This document shows positions 39,701 through 49,609 of a DNA stretch of 64,000 nucleotides, piece after piece. The translations under genes and the position numbers were made by a program. Location: IMG/VR virus record IMGVR_UViG_3300037333_000056, positions 9,660-73,659 of that record. One strand, given 5' to 3'. The notes beneath the pieces are model-generated. The model ran no database searches, was not told where the DNA came from, and worked only from the letters and a program-made list of their open reading frames with translations. Every line of letters starts with the position of its first letter. Position 1 is the stretch's first letter. Source of the DNA: a virus.

Positions 39701-40759
39701 CCATTCTTGCTGATAATCATTAAGAAGCGTGTTGTCATCACCAGGAAGCAGGTCAAGCAATGCGTCTGCTGTTCCAGTTACGAGACCAAGTGCACCAGCC
39801 TGAAACGCGTCAACGAAGTTACTATCCCATGGACGACTCCTACTGTGCTGATACATAAATTTTGATCGTTCAAGGTTTCTAGCATAATCTTCACTTGTTC
39901 CAGTATCTAATCCTAGAAGATCTTGATCATATAGTTCTGTTTTCCCTGCACCAAAATTTATACCTGATGCTTCATCTCTAGACTTTAGCCCATCAGGAGT
40001 CATAACCTTGTCAGATGACATTACTCTATGGTCAAGGTTCTCGTCAAGTGCATGCCATTTGTTTTCCCAATCGAGTGCTCCAGCAAATTTCTTTTCACCA
40101 ATAAGTTCCCATCCGTCTTGAGTATATTGGTCTTTGTATCTTCCGTATGCACCATCATGTGCATATCCAAGCTTATAGATATATTTTGTGCTTCCATCGT
40201 CATTATATCCATCAAATTTCCTAAGGTTATATACTCCACCTTCAGCATCAGGATTATCTTCTGCATTATTATATTGATCTATTAAGTCTTGCCTTGTTAA
40301 CCCTTTAGCTCCAATAAAGTCTTTATTCTGCATATTATACTTGCGACCATTTCGTTCAGCCTGAAATCCATCTCTATGGGTTATCCAGTCCCCTTGACCA
40401 TAATCGAGTACATTTTCTGTTGCTTCTAAGAACCAGTCTACGGCGTGTATCCCAGCATTAGCAACTTCTTTTGCTCTGAGCATTGAGTCGCTGTCATTAA
40501 TGAGTGTTCCATCTTGCTCATACTTGAGATCAGCTTTTCTATATATTGACTTACGCTTTAACTCTGCAGCTCTAGCAAGCTTTGTTCTCCTGTCAAATTG
40601 TGCATCTAATTGTTCTATGTCATATTCAGATTGAGCTATTGCTTGCTGTAAATATGGGTCAATTGAAACATCAGGCTCTTTGTCGTACGGAGTATACTCT
40701 CCAGTAGTATCATCTATATATCCTTGTGGTTCATCGTCGTATATGTAGTCTTCTGCCAT
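36794..40759 (-). CDS. Large internal virion/ejection protein, probable detached vRNAP N-terminal region
   Basis: 1321 aa; EEGFQEYTQ and AAIAGAGAGG segments typical of injected proteins; 11 nt upstream of vRNAP. Confidence 0.65.
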   Translation of the reverse strand: MAEDYIYDDEPQGYIDDTTGEYTPYDKEPDVSIDPYLQQAIAQSEYDIEQLDAQFDRRTKLARAAELKRKSIYRKADLKYEQDGTLINDSDSMLRAKEVANAGIHAVDWFLEATENVLDYGQGDWITHRDGFQAERNGRKYNMQNKDFIGAKGLTRQDLIDQYNNAEDNPDAEGGVYNLRKFDGYNDDGSTKYIYKLGYAHDGAYGRYKDQYTQDGWELIGEKKFAGALDWENKWHALDENLDHRVMSSDKVMTPDGLKSRDEASGINFGAGKTELYDQDLLGLDTGTSEDYARNLERSKFMYQHSRSRPWDSNFVDAFQAGALGLVTGTADALLDLLPGDDNTLLNDYQQEWADKFVGYDRHYAQSKVVEAEAAFNRGDIASGLWSVAQSAPSFVAESLPYMAGMSIGVSEVSGTAGALRLVANVNKAKAAGASASDIKKIVDVGKASFKPRELSVYNKYKDSEQMLKGLNLLAKGAGVETINLVNTNRILDERIKAKLEAGEDPSVSVGEATALYAFEMPFTLLDKLSFDHVSGISKLSKATKPTTSILKSSYNKMPDTLKPFFTNKLLNKTGSALASMTEEGFQEYTQTWGEIIGQQYGISEKDVEDILRDEKNRSQAFQAAIAGAGAGGLMHMVPKAPSSSLSFAKSFAKSVNTKIAEKRAKANIDTMVNNMDQTDFDFYAANESKDIEVMQDNWHIMKDAVEATKKAKDISELTDSAIPEVRDLGNAIREQSMLSVFDNNDEYNEKAAEEFSKSSFITTETLNALGVKDKILGDSGAVDEEVMKKISLMDTDERQAYMKELYLNATPEQKRDMHKIDNNTRTSGTSREIFLPGTNIYSMDRLHTVGNSKYSPLYTVEKSVFDKDNGIIHEQVNAINNKADTLAKTIQARLDRLDGHKIKRQEALSSGSAVNEFSNDKIDVNEYKSDPKTFMHKLRSFGTKSKIEKNIRTYSDESLKEAFNDPSASKAMKAAIESVFKTRNAARIEIAKVEEQDGEDFATRINSSKNIHTRDVLKNISSEVAKKSTYKYSNEVIDQIQGIMRSYSLAITSQDEGMRLLQDVAEKLYNSSGLDKKKAENLKSAINSLNIVFDSDENSSPKEYNKTLVAIIGEAATGLKSAKNDEIIDANLMDNHNIDAYNTILKYAKKSSIRSKQEVEFVHNLINVAEDAKNITSKEAEIFRRVINARGVNATDTELTSKQKKIYRNTKLIKSSKQIDKEMKKLDKKQYKIESELLGIEQEINSGNADIEQIRRKSELKEEIKNIKKNKDEIVYLSHNEKIENEYEIEELYDIISDEELVDSEKQALIEEEFTFCIKR

Positions 40760-40841
40760 GCATAAGCCTTTTTTATTTTTAATATATTATTGAGGTTATT
40801 ATATCGTAGTATTGATTTTGTAGAGGTATGACTATGCTACA

Positions 40842-40871
40842 TAAAGAACCAGTTGCGTCACTGGTTCTTTA
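40842..40871. terminator. AGAACCAG family hairpin, 12-bp stem
   Basis: TAAAGAACCAGT-TGCGTC-ACTGGTTCTTTA. Confidence 0.7.
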
Positions 40872-40877
40872 GTTACG

Positions 40878-42317
40878 TTATGGCTTATATGTTCCAGCCT
40901 CTTTCTCTGCTTTTATTCTATCTGCTTTTGTTTTCTTGTATTGTTCTCTTTTTATCTTTAGCTCAAGTAGTTGTTTTTCTGTAGGATTTTTTAATCCCTC
41001 AAGCTCGATGACTCTTTTATTTAACGCAATCTCTTTTTCTTTTTTTATTGCAAGGTTATTTTCAAACACCTTGTGCCCAACGTATGTCTTTTCTTTTCTT
41101 GCAGCTTCTCGTCTTTTTTTTGCTTCTGCTGCCTTTACATTTGCTCTTGCTACGTGCCCAGCCATATCAGAGTTCTTTTGCTCTCTCAGTACTTTAACCT
41201 TAGCTAGCTTTTGCTGCTGAGTTAAGCCTGGGTCAGATATGACTCCATTAATTCTATCTGTATACACATTATACAGTTTGTTCTCATACTGTCTTGTGCT
41301 CATTGTTGCAGGAACAGTTTCAGTCTTTTTTGCATATACTGGAGTAGAATATTTTTTAGCAATAGCTGCTTGCTTCCCATAGAATGCATCATACTCTTTA
41401 CGCGTTTTGTCGTTTTCTTCTTTTTGCTTTTGCAATGCAAGTATACGTTTTCTTGTAGCAGAATACAGATCTGAATTATCCTTTTTTTCTATCCTATGCT
41501 TATCTTCCCATTCAGCTTTTTCGAGATCCGTTGAGAACATTCCAGGTTTATCCCACCATCTGTTTATCGATGGCATAATTTTAGACTCAGCGTATCCTAT
41601 AGCTCCACCAGCAAGACCACCGGCAATACCACCAGTGGCAGTACCGGCAAGTGCACCAGCAGACATTCTGCTAGCTGTATATGGATCAGGTAATATTGAA
41701 TCTGCTGTAGTCTTTCTGTTAGTGTCTGTTCCAAAAAACATTGACTTTTGTTCAAGAAACTTAAGCTCTTCTACTTTTCTTTTTGCAGGATCTTTTATTG
41801 AATTTATTTTGTTCCAGCCTGAAAGTATATCTTTTTGTACGCCAGTTATCTTTTTATCAGAAGCAACATCTTTCGGTGCATATGTTCCATTTTTTGTTAA
41901 TATGCTTAATTCACTATCTATTGAGTCAGTGTCGTACTCTTCTCCAGTAATATTATCTTTATCATCAACAGTTCTAGTAACGTCAGTAATATCACTAACA
42001 GGCTTAGATATGTTTGCTAACGCATCAAGTAATGCAGCATTTTTGCTTTCCTTCTCTTTTCTATTGGCACTTGCTCTAGCTTCTTCTCTAACATTTGCAT
42101 CTTTTCTCATTTGAAGTTCATCTAGTTTTAATTGATAGTTTCTATCAAGTTCTGCTTGTCTTGCTGCCTGCTCAGCGTCATATCTATCGTTCTTTAGCTT
42201 CTCATCCTCATGCCTCTTTAATGCTCCTCCAAGATTTTGCAGCGACTGATAGAAGCCATTTCCCAAGTTATAACTTATTGCATCTGGAAGTTTTACTACT
42301 CTATCAAATCCAGGCAT
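40878..42317 (-). CDS. Internal virion protein (N4 gp51-like position)
   Basis: Cys-free, coiled-coil and Gly/Ala-rich segment; synteny. Confidence 0.55.
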   Translation of the reverse strand: MPGFDRVVKLPDAISYNLGNGFYQSLQNLGGALKRHEDEKLKNDRYDAEQAARQAELDRNYQLKLDELQMRKDANVREEARASANRKEKESKNAALLDALANISKPVSDITDVTRTVDDKDNITGEEYDTDSIDSELSILTKNGTYAPKDVASDKKITGVQKDILSGWNKINSIKDPAKRKVEELKFLEQKSMFFGTDTNRKTTADSILPDPYTASRMSAGALAGTATGGIAGGLAGGAIGYAESKIMPSINRWWDKPGMFSTDLEKAEWEDKHRIEKKDNSDLYSATRKRILALQKQKEENDKTRKEYDAFYGKQAAIAKKYSTPVYAKKTETVPATMSTRQYENKLYNVYTDRINGVISDPGLTQQQKLAKVKVLREQKNSDMAGHVARANVKAAEAKKRREAARKEKTYVGHKVFENNLAIKKEKEIALNKRVIELEGLKNPTEKQLLELKIKREQYKKTKADRIKAEKEAGTYKP

Positions 42318-42832
42318 TATACGTAATCCGCTCTATTTTTTTCTCTAACGTCTTTACCAGTTCCTTTATATTCACTTTTAGCTAGATTTTTTTTTGCCGT
42401 ATTGTTGTCATTATATGCTTTTGCTTGATTATTAAAAGATGTCTTTTGTAGTTTAAAATTTTTATCTGCAATATCTTTTTGCATATACATTCCGTATATA
42501 TTTGCACCAGCATTCAATAGTTCTCCACCACTTAGCCCTCCTAGACCACCATTTGATCCAATATCTATAGGCTTATCCATCCCAGCAGAGAATGTTTGTT
42601 TCACTCCATTTCCTGATAAATCTCCTGTGACTCCAGTAATTCCATTAGGCTTAAATGCTCCAGTATCAAATGAAGACCCAACAGTTCCATCCTTTAGTGT
42701 TCCTGTGTACTCTGTCTTGCCAAGACTATCGCCTCCCAATCCAGATATCGAATTACTGATTCCAGCACCAATGTTTCCTATGCCTGAGAATATATCGCTA
42801 CCAATATTTGATAACCCATCAAAAAAGCCCAT
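42317..42832 (-). CDS. Small Gly-rich virion protein (N4 gp52-like)
   Basis: Gly-rich N-terminus, GANIYGMYMQ..A...F.LQK..FN pattern; synteny. Confidence 0.6.
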   Translation of the reverse strand: MGFFDGLSNIGSDIFSGIGNIGAGISNSISGLGGDSLGKTEYTGTLKDGTVGSSFDTGAFKPNGITGVTGDLSGNGVKQTFSAGMDKPIDIGSNGGLGGLSGGELLNAGANIYGMYMQKDIADKNFKLQKTSFNNQAKAYNDNNTAKKNLAKSEYKGTGKDVREKNRADYV

Positions 42833-42869
42833 GTTGTATCCTTATATGTTTTATACAATTATAGCAGAA

Positions 42870-45170
42870 CTAACCTGCCACAATATTTACTCTTGTGTTT
42901 AGTTCTGTTGATGAATCAAATAGTGACTCATAATTGTATGGGCCATCATACATTGTTGAATATAATGCGTCAGGAGACTGAGAGTCTACAGCGGATACAG
43001 TTGACGACAAATCAGCCTTCAAGACATGAGTATCAGAGTTCTCACTATTTCTTCTTGCTGACTCAAGAAGACTATTTCTTTCTTCTTCATCTTTCATGTC
43101 TTGAGCTTTAAACGAGTTAACAATATCCATAGCTGATGATGCAAATGATGTTATTTCTGAAGCAAGCTTCAAGAATGCCTCAGATGTAAACTTTGTTAAG
43201 TCTTGTATCATATTTTGAAAATTTCCTAGTCCTGTAACTATAAATGATAATATTGATCTAAGTAATGGACTTTTTATAAGTTCAAGTGCTTTTGATATTA
43301 TGAAAGAGATTACTGTATTTACAACAAAATTTGTAATTGTGACTACAAGACTTGCTCCACCAGTAAGTATTGCTATGAATAAAGATATTATTAGGCCAAG
43401 AAACTTGTCATACCAGTGAGTCTTAACTACTTTTATAGCATATGCAAGAAAAAAAGTACCATATTCTTTTACAACTGAGTATGTTGTGAAGTCTGCACTA
43501 TTCATTATATCAAGAGGTATGAGGAGCCTTGGTTCTGTGCTCTTTATTTTTGAATATTCTGATGTATCAGTGTTTGATATATCTGTAGTTCTTATGAATT
43601 TGTGACCAGATATTGATGTTATTTGCTCACAAGAAGCTATGTGTATATCTCTATACTGTGTTGCATTTAACTGCGTCTTTAGGGATATGTATCTAGATTT
43701 TACTGTAAGAGTTTCGCCTTCATCAAGTGAGATTAAATCACTTAAAGTATAATAATATTCGTATGCGTTTCCTTTGTCAAAAGATTCCTTATGTGATCCT
43801 TCAATTGAATAGTATGATTGATCAATATACTGCATCCTTCCAAGAAACCATGCTAGGTCATGTTCCTCTGTTGTGTACACAGTAGTTATGTCAGATGCAC
43901 CAACACGAATAGAACCATCTTTTTTTTCAGAACCAGAAACTGCACCATCTACTATCTCTGATTCATAATTTAATGTTGTTGTAATTGTTAGTGTATGTGT
44001 AGAAAACGATGTTGTGCCAGGATCTTGTGACTCTATTATATCTCCAACAAATTTTAGATACTTTGATCTCTTTATTCTGTTCTTTTTTAGCCACCAATCA
44101 GACAACTCCTGACTAATTGTAACCTCTGTTTCGTCATCATTGTACTCAGCTTTTCTTAATATATCAACTGGAAACGATTCTGCTTCAGTAGATGTGTATG
44201 TTCTAGGATAGATGAAATAGATATCTCTGATTCTTACTCCAGACATTAAATACATATTGTCAAGGTCTGGGTTGTCAAGCGTTTCAATTAAATTGTCTGG
44301 TGATAGTGCGTATTTTCTTAAAAGCTTTCTTGTTGTTTTCTTCTCAGTTGACACAACATTGTCTTCTTTTAATGGTATAATTGGAAGCATCTCGGTTCCG
44401 GATCCATCAATAACAACAGAGTCATTATCATATAAGTCTATTATGTAATAGTATAAGTCATCGCTATCTTCTCGTCTATATTGTACATACACTGATACAT
44501 TTTTATAGTCATTATCAAAAGTATGCACAATTGGTTCTATATCATCATTCAACGATGATGCTAGAGTAACCTCTATAGTATCATAATCATCATCAGTAAG
44601 TGGATCATCGTCTAGATTAGGAAATGCATACGATACTCTATCATATATAGCCTTACATGTTTTCTGATTATCTTCATCATCACAATCTTCATTGTCGCAG
44701 TCGTCATTGTCCTCACAACACTTACACTCTACGATACCATCAGCACCACTACAACACAAGTCGTCACTATTTGACCCATCATATTTTGTAATTATGCTAA
44801 AAAACTTATGATCGAATTCGTCATTATATTTATCTTGCAGAAACTTTAACGACAGTATCGATAGATTATTTACAGATACGGATGTAGTGTATATTGAATA
44901 CGCTAAAGAGTCATACTCTTGTATTTCTTGTAGCAGTTTATCATTGTCTATACTTGATGTGTCGATATCACTCTTATATTCTATGTTGTACTTATCAAGA
45001 TATCTTTTTGAGAATCTTCCTCTATAGCTTCTTTTAAATTCAAAATAACTATCAGAGAATTCTTTAAAACTGCTAGAATCTGCATATGATGACAACTTTG
45101 CATCTCTAACAGTTTTATCTTTATCATATAAATCTACAAACGAAAGAGATGTGAATGTCTTATGCCCCAT
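42870..45170 (-). CDS. Virion structural protein (N4 gp53-like)
   Basis: PIIPLK, VVKTHWY followed by a hydrophobic segment; synteny. Confidence 0.6.
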   Translation of the reverse strand: MGHKTFTSLSFVDLYDKDKTVRDAKLSSYADSSSFKEFSDSYFEFKRSYRGRFSKRYLDKYNIEYKSDIDTSSIDNDKLLQEIQEYDSLAYSIYTTSVSVNNLSILSLKFLQDKYNDEFDHKFFSIITKYDGSNSDDLCCSGADGIVECKCCEDNDDCDNEDCDDEDNQKTCKAIYDRVSYAFPNLDDDPLTDDDYDTIEVTLASSLNDDIEPIVHTFDNDYKNVSVYVQYRREDSDDLYYYIIDLYDNDSVVIDGSGTEMLPIIPLKEDNVVSTEKKTTRKLLRKYALSPDNLIETLDNPDLDNMYLMSGVRIRDIYFIYPRTYTSTEAESFPVDILRKAEYNDDETEVTISQELSDWWLKKNRIKRSKYLKFVGDIIESQDPGTTSFSTHTLTITTTLNYESEIVDGAVSGSEKKDGSIRVGASDITTVYTTEEHDLAWFLGRMQYIDQSYYSIEGSHKESFDKGNAYEYYYTLSDLISLDEGETLTVKSRYISLKTQLNATQYRDIHIASCEQITSISGHKFIRTTDISNTDTSEYSKIKSTEPRLLIPLDIMNSADFTTYSVVKEYGTFFLAYAIKVVKTHWYDKFLGLIISLFIAILTGGASLVVTITNFVVNTVISFIISKALELIKSPLLRSILSFIVTGLGNFQNMIQDLTKFTSEAFLKLASEITSFASSAMDIVNSFKAQDMKDEEERNSLLESARRNSENSDTHVLKADLSSTVSAVDSQSPDALYSTMYDGPYNYESLFDSSTELNTRVNIVAG

Positions 45171-45639
45171 ATTTAAATACCTTTTTAACTCTGTCTACAA
45201 ATGATTTCTTAAAAGAATATACATTTGATCCTTTAATTGCAACATTATCGACATACCTATAGAATGATTTATTGTTTTCATGATATATCAATATTTTATC
45301 AACGTCATAGTTTGAAAACAAATGGTTTAACAAATACAATGATATTTTTGTATGCCTATAGTCAATTGAAGTATAATAGTCTTCAACAATAATGTAGTCT
45401 CCTGATTCTACTATCTGTATATGTCCAGCATAGTTGCCGTATAAAAATAAACACATTGAGCTTTTGTCTTTAGATAGAACTGTTCGTATTTTTATTTTAA
45501 CATCATGCCTTTCGTTTATATTAGAATACATATTGCCAATTATAGTTCTAAACATTGATATTCTGTCTCTCTTCCATAATTTTTTTGCATTAAATATTTT
45601 TAAACCATTATGTGAAACTATAACCTTACTGTTTACCAC
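45160..45639 (-). CDS. Possible GNAT-fold protein
   Basis: YAGHIQI...YYTSIDYRHTKIS..LL...NKSFY. Confidence 0.4.
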   Translation of the reverse strand: MVNSKVIVSHNGLKIFNAKKLWKRDRISMFRTIIGNMYSNINERHDVKIKIRTVLSKDKSSMCLFLYGNYAGHIQIVESGDYIIVEDYYTSIDYRHTKISLYLLNHLFSNYDVDKILIYHENNKSFYRYVDNVAIKGSNVYSFKKSFVDRVKKVFKYGA

Positions 45640-46196
45640 AATATGTTTCCTTCCTCCATATCTTTTACTATGTCTGTCATAAGTATTTTCCCTGCAGATA
45701 TTAATAGCCTAGAATCTTCTACTGAATCAAGTGTTGCGATGCTATTTGTTCCAATAATTACATCATCGCTATCACTTGTGTTTGCGATAGATCTAGTTTT
45801 TTTATCAATTATAGCATACAGTGCATACATTGACTCAGAATATAAATTACTATGAGGAGAAAAAACAAAGTTTCCTGTGGGGATAGAAAACTCTATAACT
45901 GTAGTGTCTGATATAATAATCTGCTTGCCAATCACTTCAATCTTTTCTATTCCAGTAAAATTTCTATTTCCTGACACAAGAATAAGAACAAATGAATCTG
46001 CAATGTTTCCACCACTCACACCATTTATTTTTACGTCAAACACTATCTTAGCTATATTCTCAGCCTTGTCAATAAAAAAGTTGAAGTTATTTGAGTTTAC
46101 ATTGTATTGCTCAAACTCATTGTCGTTAGCGTACTCATCATTGTTCATTATATTAGCAGATAGTATGTCTCTCAATTCTACGGTTGATTCTTTCAT
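45633..46196 (-). CDS. Hypothetical (likely structural) protein
   Basis: GGAG RBS, 187 aa. Confidence 0.7.
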   Translation of the reverse strand: MKESTVELRDILSANIMNNDEYANDNEFEQYNVNSNNFNFFIDKAENIAKIVFDVKINGVSGGNIADSFVLILVSGNRNFTGIEKIEVIGKQIIISDTTVIEFSIPTGNFVFSPHSNLYSESMYALYAIIDKKTRSIANTSDSDDVIIGTNSIATLDSVEDSRLLISAGKILMTDIVKDMEEGNILW

Positions 46197-46235
46197 TGAT
46201 TATTCTCCAATTATGGTTATGTTGTTCTCAAGCAT

Positions 46236-47753
46236 TTATCTTGTATATTTTATTGAGTATTCTTTAAATAGACATTCGATATCTATATACACTAGCGACT
46301 CCATATCACCTATCTCAACAGATATACCAAGTATGGCTCCATTGGATGACAGGTTCTTGCCGAAAGAAGAAAATGACTCATCTCCTATAGTGCTGAAGTC
46401 TATTGCTATAAGAAAAATTAAATTTATCTTATCACTGCTCTCGTATTTAGATACATAATAAAAATATACACGTCCATATTTATCTGTTCCAAGCAACTCA
46501 CTATTAAGTGATGACACAACCAAAATATTTCCTATAAACATTGATGAATATCCATATGAGCCTGGGATGCTGGTCCCGTCGTCATTTGTTAGTGACAGCG
46601 GCATATTAATAAAACCGTCATTATCTTTTGTTCCGGTATATGTAGTTATATCTGATAGTTTATGAAAGTCTATACCTCTTCTGGTCTTATCTGTTCCATC
46701 GATAGTGGTGTATGTGATAGATGACGTATTCACTACAGACAAAAATTCTCCAGAATTATGAAAACTACATGCTCTTGAACCAAGATATGAGTCGTTCTCT
46801 CTGTTTATTGCAGTGTTGTACCATGTATCTATATTCTGTGCACACACTTTAAAGTGGCCATCCGACACATTGTATATTACTACACACGATGTCGAATGTT
46901 TATAAGCACCGGAACCAGGTACACCGATAAGCTCAAAAATAACATCTCCAATTCCTATTGATATATTGTCGTAAGACACAGAGATTACAGCTCCATACAT
47001 GTTAAACCTTACTATGTTGTCATCATCGTCTCTATACACATCTTCATGTGATATAAAGCTAGATGGAGTGTATTTTTTTGTAAACACATTGCTTACTGTT
47101 TTTTCATTGTCATCGAATGTTAGCCTACAGTACTCAACGCACTCATTTTCAGTGTAATTGTTTTTTGATGGAAAACCTACAGCAGCAGCAACTTTAATTA
47201 TGCTGTCAGATACGTCAACAAATAATGCCAATGTTTGGCCAGTATCACATAGTCCAACAAGATTCCTTTGCTCAGTTCTTATATCATGAATGGCAGTATA
47301 CTTTTCAGTTTCGTCATCGAATGCATACAATATTGCAACAACATCATTTATTGTACTGTTAACTATTGTAGTAGGCCTAACGGCAATTAATAAAAATTTG
47401 TCTCTAGCTATTGCATTCGTAATCAGGTATGGGTTGTCTTCATTCTTCATAACTCCGTACGGATACAAATGCTGATATGCATTACCATTGTTTCTGTTGT
47501 CTCCATATACAGCAACAAAGCTAGAATAATAACATCCAGTAGAATAGTCAATGTATGGATCAGCTATGTCTTCAACTTCACCAATGCATCCATAATGTAT
47601 ATTATCAATAATAAATGAGTGGTTACGTTTTTTGGTTAGAGATAAATCAGCAATCTTGAAAAAATCATTACATCCAACCACATCGTCACTGGTTCTTGCA
47701 GAGACATCAAATGGTTTGATTATTCTATTTATGGTGAGATTATTTGTCAACAT
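46236..47753 (-). CDS. Beta-rich hypothetical virion protein
   Basis: 505 aa; FG-GAP-like YGYSS..G..LVVSS...GRVYFY segments. Confidence 0.6.
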   Translation of the reverse strand: MLTNNLTINRIIKPFDVSARTSDDVVGCNDFFKIADLSLTKKRNHSFIIDNIHYGCIGEVEDIADPYIDYSTGCYYSSFVAVYGDNRNNGNAYQHLYPYGVMKNEDNPYLITNAIARDKFLLIAVRPTTIVNSTINDVVAILYAFDDETEKYTAIHDIRTEQRNLVGLCDTGQTLALFVDVSDSIIKVAAAVGFPSKNNYTENECVEYCRLTFDDNEKTVSNVFTKKYTPSSFISHEDVYRDDDDNIVRFNMYGAVISVSYDNISIGIGDVIFELIGVPGSGAYKHSTSCVVIYNVSDGHFKVCAQNIDTWYNTAINRENDSYLGSRACSFHNSGEFLSVVNTSSITYTTIDGTDKTRRGIDFHKLSDITTYTGTKDNDGFINMPLSLTNDDGTSIPGSYGYSSMFIGNILVVSSLNSELLGTDKYGRVYFYYVSKYESSDKINLIFLIAIDFSTIGDESFSSFGKNLSSNGAILGISVEIGDMESLVYIDIECLFKEYSIKYTR

Positions 47754-47754
47754 G

Positions 47755-48693
47755 TTAGGACTCTATTACTCTATTTTTTATCTCATCAAACATATTGTTT
47801 AGCGATACCTCGTTAAAACAATCAGCTACAGTTTCAAGATCAGCAGCTTCAAATACCATTGCGTATGCTTGAGCTTGAACTTCAAATATTTTCTGTCTTG
47901 CATTATCTCTAAATCCTTCAGCCTGAATACCATAAAGGTCTGCTTGTGCACCCATTAGATCTTGAGAGTTTTTACAATCACATTCCCATTTTGCTATTTG
48001 AGAATCATCAATACGAATCTTCTCGTCATTCATTCTCTCTTGCTCAATAATATCACTAGATATCTTTTCAATTTGCTTATCCTCTAGCTCCATATCTTTG
48101 TATGTTTTTTCTATCTGCTTTGAATCTACAAGAATCTTACTATCAGTTTGTTTTGTTGCGTTGTCACAATCACATTCCATTTTAGCAATCTTTGCAGTAT
48201 TCATTCTGTTCTCTTCACTTATCTGAGCATCATCAACACGAATCTTCTCAACTAATGTTCTCTCACTTATGTCACAATCACATTCCATTTTAGCAATTTG
48301 AGCATCATCGACACGTGTTCTTTCTGCTAGGTCTGCATTATCAAGTAGCATCTTGTGATACTGATACTTAACTTGAGCGTCAACATTTGCTATTTCTTTT
48401 TGTGCCTTACCGTGACTTAGCTCGAACATTACAGCTTGTTGCATAGCCGCTGTAAGTGCTTGAGCAAATACTTCACCTGCTGCAGAACCAGTTAAGTGAC
48501 CTTTTGCTTTTGCGTCGGCTATATGAACAGATGACAACGATAACAGTTGTCCAAAATATCCACCGTTTTCAAGCGTTCCATTGCCAACAATATCAGAGAA
48601 TGATATATTTTCGCATTTAGTGTATGAATCACACTCACCAATTGTTGTTTTCTCTGAGATTATCTTTATATATGATTCTTCTAGCTCTGTCAT
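47755..48693 (-). CDS. Coiled-coil structural protein (N4 gp54-like) with CxC repeats
   Basis: G.F..L....HI......G.LTG..AGEVF; LY..QAEGF..NA.QK; three AK(M/W)ECDC repeats. Confidence 0.65.
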   Translation of the reverse strand: MTELEESYIKIISEKTTIGECDSYTKCENISFSDIVGNGTLENGGYFGQLLSLSSVHIADAKAKGHLTGSAAGEVFAQALTAAMQQAVMFELSHGKAQKEIANVDAQVKYQYHKMLLDNADLAERTRVDDAQIAKMECDCDISERTLVEKIRVDDAQISEENRMNTAKIAKMECDCDNATKQTDSKILVDSKQIEKTYKDMELEDKQIEKISSDIIEQERMNDEKIRIDDSQIAKWECDCKNSQDLMGAQADLYGIQAEGFRDNARQKIFEVQAQAYAMVFEAADLETVADCFNEVSLNNMFDEIKNRVIES

Positions 48694-48726
48694 TTATTTT
48701 TGTCCTTACATAATTATATATCACAC

Positions 48727-48754
48727 TAGAACCAGTGTGCTGCTACTGGCTCTA
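48727..48754. terminator. AGAACCAG family hairpin
   Basis: TAGAACCAGT-GTGCTGCT-ACTGGCTCTA. Confidence 0.6.
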
Positions 48755-48763
48755 TCTAATATA

Positions 48764-49432
48764 TTAATCTAAGTCTCTAGTAGAGTTCTCTCTAATTATT
48801 TGTCTCTTTGCAATTATGGCAAGTTCTTCTTTTGTTGGAAGTGGAAGCTCTTGTATAATATATGCAGGTATTGTCTCCTGCTTTACAACTACACCTTCAT
48901 CGTTTGTTATTGACTTTATAATTTTCTTATTCTTTAGATTATTAAGTGCACCTTTACGTATCATCCATGGTTTACCAACAACAAAGATGTCCGTATAATG
49001 GCCTGTACTATTACCCCACGTAACGTACTCTGCCTGAGTTGATAATCTATTTTGATTTGGGTCGTTTGAGTTTATTATTACACGAACTTTAAATTGGTTC
49101 TCTCTTTTTTTCTTCAATCTTGATCTTGCCTTGTCTTTTCTCTTTTGCTCTTCAATTTCTTCAGGTGTAAGATTTATAATTGCAGGCGTTGTAACGTTAT
49201 CTGTTGCACTTGGAATTATTCCTGCCTCAAGCTCCATCTTTGCAATCTCTGCATCTATTTCATCGTCTGTGGCTACAGATGTTTTTGGGATAGCTGCTTC
49301 ATACTCAGATATAGCAAGTAAAAGCTCTGCCTTTGTTGGTTTACTTACATTCTTTGACTCAACATTGATTCCCATAAGAGTACAATACTCAGTTAATTCT
49401 TTATTTGTCATACTGCTTGTGTCTTTTTGCAT
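48764..49432 (-). CDS. N4 gp55-like protein
   Basis: VRVIINSNDPN...TWGN...PW...AY.IQELPLPTKEEL..IAKRQ. Confidence 0.7.
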   Translation of the reverse strand: MQKDTSSMTNKELTEYCTLMGINVESKNVSKPTKAELLLAISEYEAAIPKTSVATDDEIDAEIAKMELEAGIIPSATDNVTTPAIINLTPEEIEEQKRKDKARSRLKKKRENQFKVRVIINSNDPNQNRLSTQAEYVTWGNSTGHYTDIFVVGKPWMIRKGALNNLKNKKIIKSITNDEGVVVKQETIPAYIIQELPLPTKEELAIIAKRQIIRENSTRDLD

Positions 49433-49609
49433 TGCTGTGTGTTCCTTTGTTTTATTGTATATGTATAGTCATAAAGTACAATATATGTAACGTATACGTA
49501 TATGTAGATGTATTATATCACAAGTTGTTGAAGTTGCGGAATGCGTGTCAATGATTTTATTAAGTATATGTAGCGAAATTGTATAGATAGAGACTAGACA
49601 ATGAATCGT

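Noticed and set aside
49455-49510. TATATGTA repeats and ACGTATACGT palindrome
   Set aside because: Short and AT-rich low complexity; cannot be distinguished from chance
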